DNA of 64,000 nt from Candidatus Oxydemutatoraceae bacterium (GTDB lineage Bacteria; Pseudomonadota; Gammaproteobacteria; Poriferisulfidales; Oxydemutatoraceae), in contig OZ244717.1 in assembly GCA_965218975.1 (NCBI GenBank), positions 960,001 through 1,024,000 of the forward strand, read 5' to 3'. Shown here piece by piece: positions 56,917 to 64,000 of the stretch. Both the position numbers and the translations under genes were made by a program. Each line of letters starts with the position of its first letter. Position 1 is the first letter of the stretch. The notes under the pieces are model-generated. The model ran no database searches, was not told the DNA's origin, and was given only the letters and a program-made list of their open reading frames with translations.

Positions 56917-59733
56917 TTAACCGGTATTCCGCATACCGGCGGCAATTGCGCTAATACTACGGATTAACGGCACATTGGATAATTCATCGCCGTTACTTTT
57001 CTGCGCATTTTCCGATTGATGTTCCGAACGCTTCCGCAGTAGCGCCACTTGAATATAATTTAGCGAGTCCAAATAGGGGTCTCGTCTTTGCATTGATAGC
57101 ATGAGTGCGTTTTGGTTTTCTAACGGGCGGTTGAGTTGGCTGACCATCAGCACATATTTCAGTGTGCGTTGGTACTCGGTGTGAATTTTCTCAAACACAC
57201 GGTCGGCAGTTGCCGTTGATGAACACAATCTTGAATACTCATATGCAATATCCATGTTCGCTTTAAGTAACGCAATTTGTGTGTTGTCAATCATTGTGCC
57301 GAAGAATGACCATTCACGATAAATTTCTTGCATTTCTTGCAACCGGTTTGCGTTTTGGTCGTGGTATTTTTCAAGCGCGTAACCGATACCGTACCATGCG
57401 GGGAATGTATGGCGCGATAATGACCAGCCAAAAACCCACGGGATCGCGCGAATTGAAAACTTGGAACGGTCGGTCATTTTTCGATGTGAAGGACGCGATC
57501 CGATATTCATTTCGGCAATTTTTTTCACTGGGGTCGCCTCATAAAAATAATCAAATAGCCCTTCTGTTCTATCGACGAGATCACGATAAAAATGTTCGCT
57601 AAGTTCAGCACTTTTTCTCGCAAATATTAAGTGTTCTTTTTGTTTATTCGGGTTTGTCGACACCAGATGCTTGCATGCATGCATCAGGCCTGAAACCGCT
57701 AAAGTTAATTCTCTGACGGCAGTTTCATGGTTACTGTACTTAAATGACAGTACTTCACCCTGTTCGGTGATTCTAATCTGTCCGTTCACGGTGCCCGGTG
57801 GTTGGGCAATGATCGTTTTGTGCGTCGGTCCTCCGCCGCGTCCAATCGTACCGCCGCGACCATGGAAAATACGACATGCAACGCCGTATTCCGAGCTGAG
57901 GGATGTGATTTGTTTTTGAGCTTCATATAGGTTCCACGCCGATGCGATGATGCCGCCGTCTTTACACGAGTCGGAGTAACCGAGCATGACTTCCTGTAAA
58001 TTTCCCGAAGCTCGCAGTAGTTGCATATAGACTTTATTTTGGAATAAGTTCTTCAAGGTTTTGCCGATCCGTTCCAAATCCTCGATCGTTTCAAATAACG
58101 GAGTAACCTGCAGATCGCAAAAGATTTTGCCGTCCTTACTTTTTCCGGTTAAGCCGGACAATCTGGCAAGCAGCATGACTTCCAAGATATCGCTGACATT
58201 ATGGGTCATAGAAATCACATAATTACCGATGGATTTTTCGCTAACTTCTTCCTTTGCTTCACGGATGCAACGTATCACATTGACCACTTTTTGAGCATTT
58301 CTGCTCAGCGTTTTAGTATTGAGTTTCGGCAGTATGCTTTGATTAAGGCATTGGGTCAGCGCGAGAGCACGTTTTTCGGGGGGGAGTTCAGAGTAATTTT
58401 CCGCATATCCCCATTGTTTTAATATTTCGTCCACCGGTTTAGTATGTTTGCTTGATTCGTCACGGATATCCAAACGCGCCAATTGAAATCCGAAAGTTTC
58501 GGCGAGACGAATCAAGTCTTTCAATTCACGGTCCGCAATATCCGCATCGCCGTGTTGCCGCAGCGATTTATCAATCAGGTGCAAATCATCTAAAAACTCA
58601 TAATCGGACTCGTACGCAGCGCTTGGCATTGCGGTAGTTTTTCTTTTTAATTGTTTATGCAAGCAATTACACCGACTTTCAATTCTATATTTCATTACGG
58701 TAAGCAAGCGTCTATAGGGTTCTTTAAGGTAAAGACTGCTAAAATCTCCGGCTATCTCGCGCATTAAATTGCGGTGATGTTCGGAAATGATAATTAAATT
58801 TTCAGAGAGCTCAATAAAACTATTCGAATGAGTCAGAATATTAATGAGTTGATCCAGTCGTTTTGCATATTCTTCCAAAATAACGATCGATTGCAATTTA
58901 ACGGTCCGCCGGGTTACTTCCGGAGTGACAAAAGGGTTGCCATCGCGATCGCCTCCGATCCAAGAACCAAATTGAATAAAACTTGGTATCCGAAACGAGT
59001 GGTCGGGGTAACTTTCCTGTAATACTTTCTCTAATGCGGCATACACTGCGGGGACGGCAGTAAATAATGAAGTAGTAAAGTAATAAAGCCCGTTGAGTAC
59101 TTCGGTTTCGACGGTCGGTTTGTTGAGTCGAATCTCATCCGTCTTCCATAAAATACAAATCAGCGTTTTAAGCTTGCGGTGGATTTCATCTTTTTCTATT
59201 CGGTAAGGAGTGTGCTCCAATTCATTTAGAGTTAGGAAAATTTTTCTTGTCAATTGTAATGCAGTGCGACGTTTTGCTTCGGTAGGATGAGCGGTAAATA
59301 CCGGTTCGAATAATAACCGGTCAAGTAATTTTTGCATCGCTTGCGCGTCAACCCCTTCTCTACACAATTGCTTGATTTTCTGCCTAAACGATCCTTCATT
59401 AAGGAGATCTAATCTGCGGTTATATCGCCATGTATAATTGCTGTGCATTTCTTCGGCGATGTTGGCGAGAGTAAAATAAACAGAAAAAGCTCGAATGACG
59501 TTGTCCACTTGTTGAGTATCAAGGTTTGCAATGCGGCGAATGAGTATCCGGCGTCGCCGCCAATTGTCCGATTGTCTTAATTTAATAAAACCTTTGCGCA
59601 GAATTTCTATGGTGTTGAATAATGCCTCTCCATTTTGCTCTTTGATAACTTGCCCTAGTGAATTTCCGAGTAGGCGAACCCGCGAACGCAGCAATTTATC
59701 CCGTCGGTCATTAATTCTCTGATGTTTCAACAA
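56917..59733 (-). CDS. ppc: Phosphoenolpyruvate carboxylase
   Basis: VFTAHPTE, SWIGGDRDGNP, PLFET, VMLGYSDSCKDGG, FHGRGGTIGRGGGP, RAIPWVF, C-terminal MRNTG. Confidence 0.97.
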   Translation of the reverse strand: MLKHQRINDRRDKLLRSRVRLLGNSLGQVIKEQNGEALFNTIEILRKGFIKLRQSDNWRRRRILIRRIANLDTQQVDNVIRAFSVYFTLANIAEEMHSNYTWRYNRRLDLLNEGSFRQKIKQLCREGVDAQAMQKLLDRLLFEPVFTAHPTEAKRRTALQLTRKIFLTLNELEHTPYRIEKDEIHRKLKTLICILWKTDEIRLNKPTVETEVLNGLYYFTTSLFTAVPAVYAALEKVLQESYPDHSFRIPSFIQFGSWIGGDRDGNPFVTPEVTRRTVKLQSIVILEEYAKRLDQLINILTHSNSFIELSENLIIISEHHRNLMREIAGDFSSLYLKEPYRRLLTVMKYRIESRCNCLHKQLKRKTTAMPSAAYESDYEFLDDLHLIDKSLRQHGDADIADRELKDLIRLAETFGFQLARLDIRDESSKHTKPVDEILKQWGYAENYSELPPEKRALALTQCLNQSILPKLNTKTLSRNAQKVVNVIRCIREAKEEVSEKSIGNYVISMTHNVSDILEVMLLARLSGLTGKSKDGKIFCDLQVTPLFETIEDLERIGKTLKNLFQNKVYMQLLRASGNLQEVMLGYSDSCKDGGIIASAWNLYEAQKQITSLSSEYGVACRIFHGRGGTIGRGGGPTHKTIIAQPPGTVNGQIRITEQGEVLSFKYSNHETAVRELTLAVSGLMHACKHLVSTNPNKQKEHLIFARKSAELSEHFYRDLVDRTEGLFDYFYEATPVKKIAEMNIGSRPSHRKMTDRSKFSIRAIPWVFGWSLSRHTFPAWYGIGYALEKYHDQNANRLQEMQEIYREWSFFGTMIDNTQIALLKANMDIAYEYSRLCSSTATADRVFEKIHTEYQRTLKYVLMVSQLNRPLENQNALMLSMQRRDPYLDSLNYIQVALLRKRSEHQSENAQKSNGDELSNVPLIRSISAIAAGMRNTG

Positions 59734-59920
59734 TTTGGTAGTGTCGGATAGTGTGGCAACTTGTTGCAGAGTTATACCGTCTATAGAAAAGTCAATTCTA
59801 TCAAAATCAGGCTTTTATTTTCTGTGCTGCAAGAAGCGTACCATGCTAATGAATTTAAAAAAATCATTATATCACGCTACAATGATGCGTCCCATACGGA
59901 AAATTTGCAGGAATTCGCGA

Positions 59921-61492
59921 ATGTCATGTTCAATTACAAATAGTGCGGCGTGGGTGGCGTTGCGGCAACATCGTATGCAAACTAAGGGGATGCGGATCCG
60001 TGATTTACTGGCTCAAGATACTAATCGGTTCATAGATTTTTCCGCAAAAATTGATCATGTATTTTTTGACTATTCAAAGCATCGGGTTACACGACATACG
60101 TTAGAATTGTTGATGGCTTTGGCGCGCGAAGCGCAGCTTGAACAGTGGCGCGAGCGATTGGCGAATGGCGCAGTAGTCAACCATAGTGAAAAACGCACTG
60201 CTCTACATCCGGTTTTGCGTGGAAGCGGCAATGTTTCGGCTGAGGTTAAACAAACGTCGGATACTTTACAGGAAAAAGCTTTTAACTTTGTCCGACAAGT
60301 GAGGACGGGACAGGCGACGGGTGCAAGTGGTAAATCTTTCTGTCACATTGTCGGCATTGGTATCGGTGGGTCGTATGTCGGCAACAAAATGCTGTGTCGC
60401 GCACTCGCTACTTTTGGCAAAGGGAATCTAACCGTGCATTTTGTGAATGTCGGAGATGCCGACCAAACTCAAACTTTACTTGCTTCTTTACCGACAGAAG
60501 AGACTTTGTTTATTGCGATTTCCAAGAGTTTTACAACAGCAGAGACTCAACTGAGCATTCAACATGTCCGCTCGCGGTTGAACCATTACTATAATGACAA
60601 TACCTCTTGGCAAAAACACTTTGCCGCCGTTTCGACAAATGAGGATGCATTGATTAAATTCGGTATTCCGGCGGAGCGTCGTTTTATCATCGCCGATAGT
60701 ATCGGCGGACGTTATTCCATTTGGTCGGCGGTATCATTGCCGTCGATGATTTTCCTTGGTGATGAGAATTTCAAACAGTTTTTATCCGGCGCCAAGCGAA
60801 TGGACGAACATTTTTTTAAGCGCTCGCTTGCCGACAATGTACCGGTGATATTGGCATTGATTCACTTCTGGTATGTCAATTTTTATCATTCTGCTAACCG
60901 CGCGATAGTGGTTTACGACAATGCGTTGGAATATTTGCCGACTTATTTGCAACAATTGGAAATGGAGAGCAATGGTAAATCCGTCAACCGTGAAGGAATC
61001 AAATGCGATTATCCGACTGCGCCGGTGGTGTGGGGCGGACAGGGTTTGCAAGGGCAACATACTTTCTTCCAGCTTTTGCACCAAAGCAAGCGTTTGATTC
61101 CGACTGATTTTATTATTGCCGCTAATACTTTGTGTCGCGAACCTGGATATGATGACCTGCTCGCAGTTAACTTTTTTGCGCAGATTCACGCATTGATGGC
61201 AGGAGAGCAGGTTGCCGATCCGCAACAGTGTAATTGGGGCAATCAGCCGAGTACCGCTATCTTACTCAAAGAAATATCTCCGGCAACTATCGGCGCGTTG
61301 ATTGCTTTTTATGAGCATCAAGTTTTTGTGCAAGCGATGTTATGGCAGATCAACCCCTTTGACCAATGGGGAGTGGAGTTGGGTAAAAAAGTTTCAGCGC
61401 AGCTCACGGCCGGACTCGAACACCAAAGCGATCCTTTGTTCAATAAAACAACCGGTAAATTAGTGCAAGAGTATTTGCGTTGGAAGCAATGA
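59921..61492 (+). CDS. pgi: Glucose-6-phosphate isomerase
   Basis: DYSKH, IGIGGS, SKSFTT.ET, GGRYSIWSA, QQLEMESNGK, GQH.FFQL.HQ, INPFDQWGVELGK. Likely start ATG 59921 after AGGA; the ORF is open from 59735. Confidence 0.96.
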   Translation: MSCSITNSAAWVALRQHRMQTKGMRIRDLLAQDTNRFIDFSAKIDHVFFDYSKHRVTRHTLELLMALAREAQLEQWRERLANGAVVNHSEKRTALHPVLRGSGNVSAEVKQTSDTLQEKAFNFVRQVRTGQATGASGKSFCHIVGIGIGGSYVGNKMLCRALATFGKGNLTVHFVNVGDADQTQTLLASLPTEETLFIAISKSFTTAETQLSIQHVRSRLNHYYNDNTSWQKHFAAVSTNEDALIKFGIPAERRFIIADSIGGRYSIWSAVSLPSMIFLGDENFKQFLSGAKRMDEHFFKRSLADNVPVILALIHFWYVNFYHSANRAIVVYDNALEYLPTYLQQLEMESNGKSVNREGIKCDYPTAPVVWGGQGLQGQHTFFQLLHQSKRLIPTDFIIAANTLCREPGYDDLLAVNFFAQIHALMAGEQVADPQQCNWGNQPSTAILLKEISPATIGALIAFYEHQVFVQAMLWQINPFDQWGVELGKKVSAQLTAGLEHQSDPLFNKTTGKLVQEYLRWKQ

Positions 61493-61677
61493 ATGATGAT
61501 AGCGGTACATAACGTCAATACATTGTAGGGTTTCGTTTTCTAATGCCTTGTTACCGTTCGTACGGAAATGACAGAGGTTGGGGACGGGTTGTGCAGTTTG
61601 CGTTTTTTACTCGCAATAACCAAATAAGCGAGCGGCGAGGATTCGCTCCTTTCGATAGATTCGGAAATTTCATCCGC

Positions 61678-62769
61678 TTAGATTCGGGGGGTCTCGCTTT
61701 GTTTTGAATGTGCGTTTTCTTGTTGATCAATCGCCCATGTAACATGTTCCTGCACCAGCGCCGACGGATAATCGGAACGCACAATAAGCGCTGTAACAAT
61801 GTCGGCGCTATATGGCGCGTTGCCTAAACCGACAGCGATGTTACGCAGCCATCTTTCATAACCGAGCCGATATAGTACCGTTCCTTGCGTGCGCGCCACA
61901 AATTCTTGTTCGGTCCATTTGAACAGATCAATTAGTTCGCTGGAATCCAGTTTGTTTTTTACTTGAAAAGCGGGGTCGGCGGAAGTTTTGGCAAAACGAT
62001 TCCACGGACACACAAGTTGGCAATCATCGCAACCGAAAATACGGTTGCCGATCAGAGGGCGTAAATCAACCGGGATGGAACCTTTGAGCTCAATTGTGAG
62101 ATAAGCAATACATCGCTTTGCGTCTAAACGATACGGTGCGACAATGGCATGAGTCGGGCAGACGTCAATGCATCGCTTGCAATCACCGCAATGTTTTTGC
62201 GTGGGCTTTGATACCGGTAGCGGCAGATTGGTGTAGAGTTCTCCGAGAAAGTACCACGAACCGGTCTCACGGTTTAAGTTCAATGTGTGCTTGCCGGTCC
62301 ATCCTAATCCCGCTTTTTCGGCGATTGCTTTTTCCATGACCGGTGCGCTGTCGACAAATGCGCGATAACAGAAAGTACCGATGCTTCGTTCGATACGATC
62401 TGCCAATTTTTGCAAACGTTTGCGCATCAGCTTGTGATAATCTCGCCCGAGCGCATAACGGGCAATATATGCGGTGGTCGGTTGACGTAATACTTGTTGA
62501 GGAAGGATAGTCTGTTGCGGAAGGTAATTCATCCGTACCGAGATGATGCTTATGGTGTCAGGTATAAGTTCTGTCGGATGGCAACGTTTGGTGCCATGTC
62601 GGGCCATAAACTCCATATCGCCATGCATTCCTTCGTTTAGCCACTGCATCAAGCGCGCTTCGTGTCCGCTTAAATCGGTGTTAGCAATACCGATTTCGTC
62701 AAACCCCAGCGCTTGTGCCCAACGACGAATGTCGCGCACCAATTTGGCGCCATCCGGTTCGGCTTTCAC
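61678..62769 (-). CDS. queG: Epoxyqueuosine reductase
   Basis: ARYALGRDYH, FVDSAPVMEK, GW.GKH, CGDCKRCIDVCP, FGCDDCQLVCPWN, WLRNIAV.LGN. Confidence 0.96.
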   Translation of the reverse strand: MKAEPDGAKLVRDIRRWAQALGFDEIGIANTDLSGHEARLMQWLNEGMHGDMEFMARHGTKRCHPTELIPDTISIISVRMNYLPQQTILPQQVLRQPTTAYIARYALGRDYHKLMRKRLQKLADRIERSIGTFCYRAFVDSAPVMEKAIAEKAGLGWTGKHTLNLNRETGSWYFLGELYTNLPLPVSKPTQKHCGDCKRCIDVCPTHAIVAPYRLDAKRCIAYLTIELKGSIPVDLRPLIGNRIFGCDDCQLVCPWNRFAKTSADPAFQVKNKLDSSELIDLFKWTEQEFVARTQGTVLYRLGYERWLRNIAVGLGNAPYSADIVTALIVRSDYPSALVQEHVTWAIDQQENAHSKQSETPRI

Positions 62770-62862
62770 GATTGTACTTTTGCGTTACATAGCATATAGT
62801 GAAATCCTTTGAATGTAGCGTATAGTTATTCTATTATAGTTTTGCTCAGGCCATATAGTTAT

Positions 62863-64000
62863 ATGCTTCCATTGTTTACATCACAACAAGCTGCAGACAT
62901 TGATCGTCTGTTTATTGAGCAGGCATCGGTCAATGGGTACGAGTTGATGCGTCGTGCCGCAAAAGCAAGTTTTACTATCATTCGCAATCGTTGGCAGACG
63001 CCATCGACAGTCAGGATATTTGCCGGCAGCGGGAATAATGGCGGCGATGGTTATCAGTTGGGACGGCTTTTGCTTGATGCAGGATACCGTGTCGAGCTGT
63101 TTGCGGTCGGCGGCGCTCCTAAGAAAGATCCGGCAGTAAAAGCATATCAGGCTTATCGTGCGGCGAATGGCTGTGTTATTGATATCGCCGACTTGGGTTC
63201 CGACGATTCGTCACGGTTGATCGTTGATGCGATTTTTGGCAGCGGTTTGAACCGTGAGGTGACGGGTGAAGCGTTAGCGGTGATCCGTCATATCAATCAT
63301 GCGGCGCAGCCGGTGATTGCGTTGGATTTACCGTCGGGACTCAGCGCCGATACCGGAGTTAAATTGCCCGATGCGGTTTGCGCTAAACTGACCGTTACTT
63401 TTATTGTGCGTAAACTCGGTTTGTATACTTGCGATGCGAAAGATTGTTGCGGCGAAGTGATTTACGACGATTTGCAAGTAGATCGGAAATTGATTGCACA
63501 GTTGACACCATTCGCTTGGTTGATGAGCAAAGCGGAGTTTGTTCCTGAAAAAATATTGCGGCAAAATAGTCATAAAGGTCATTACGGACATGTCTTAGTG
63601 GTCGGGGGCGATTATGGAATGTCGGGTGCGGTGCGTCTTGCCGGTGAAGCGGCGATGCGTTGCGGCGCCGGATTGGTTAGCGTTGCGACTCGCACCGAAC
63701 ATGCCGCGACGATTGCTGCCGCTTGTCCGGTTTTGATGGCGTATGGCGTCGCGGATACAAAGAAGTTGAAAGTTCTCGCCGATCGTGCCGATGTAATGGC
63801 GATCGGACCGGGATACGGCAACAGTGCGTGGGGGCAAGCATTGTTTTCTTGTTTAGCTGATACGCCGCAATATAAAGTAATCGATGCCGATGCGCTGAAG
63901 CTACTCGCCGCCGAATCTATGTTTTGCGACCGATGGGTTTTAACGCCGCATCCCGGCGAAGCAGCAAAGTTGTTAAGTACTGACAGTCGCACGGTGCAGA
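62863..64000 (+). CDS. nnr: Bifunctional NAD(P)H-hydrate epimerase/dehydratase (3' end outside the window; absent from the ORF track)
   Basis: Manual translation from ATG 62863: MLPLFTSQQAADIDR...GSGNNGGDGY, IVDAIFGSGL, ALDLPSGL.ADTG, HKGHYGHVLVVGG, GAGLVSV, IDADAL, LTPHPGEA. Divergent from queG, as is common. Confidence 0.93.
   Translation, partial: MLPLFTSQQAADIDRLFIEQASVNGYELMRRAAKASFTIIRNRWQTPSTVRIFAGSGNNGGDGYQLGRLLLDAGYRVELFAVGGAPKKDPAVKAYQAYRAANGCVIDIADLGSDDSSRLIVDAIFGSGLNREVTGEALAVIRHINHAAQPVIALDLPSGLSADTGVKLPDAVCAKLTVTFIVRKLGLYTCDAKDCCGEVIYDDLQVDRKLIAQLTPFAWLMSKAEFVPEKILRQNSHKGHYGHVLVVGGDYGMSGAVRLAGEAAMRCGAGLVSVATRTEHAATIAAACPVLMAYGVADTKKLKVLADRADVMAIGPGYGNSAWGQALFSCLADTPQYKVIDADALKLLAAESMFCDRWVLTPHPGEAAKLLSTDSRTVQ

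Noticed and set aside
61493-61677. tRNA genes near queG
   Set aside because: No cloverleaf or T-loop GTTCGA/GTTCAA with a CCA end found. The 61551..61799 ORF overlaps queG and lacks motifs.

Overview
Bacterial chromosomal window, most consistent with a gammaproteobacterium. A host-associated marine lifestyle is suggested by the adhesin domain content, but that is inference. The first 26.9 kb is the 3' part of one giant acidic surface protein (>8,958 aa, open at the window start). It is built from cadherin-like, Calx-beta-like and FN3 repeats and ends in a choice-of-anchor-U-like domain and a GlyGly-CTERM sorting signal. Most repeats are near-identical, but specific Calx-beta-like domains carry hypervariable, CDR-like segments. 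The rest is tightly packed housekeeping DNA: kdkA, waaA, tolC, rhodanese, thiC, btuB/btuF-like, slt, metY, adk, a 2Fe-2S reductase, trpS-scpA-scpB-rluB, two ThDP enzymes plus an ALDH, pcnB-folK-dNK, panBCD, ppc, pgi, queG and a 3'-truncated nnr. The one accessory island (39.3-41.5 kb) holds a decayed IS481-like element whose transposase is broken up by five copies of a ~173-bp structured repeat bearing CsrA/RsmA-type ANGGA hairpins. Next to it is a direct-repeat-flanked cassette with a small coiled-coil/TM ORF lacking a canonical start codon. No rRNA, tRNA or CRISPR array was seen. All family assignments come from motif recognition by eye; no searches were run.
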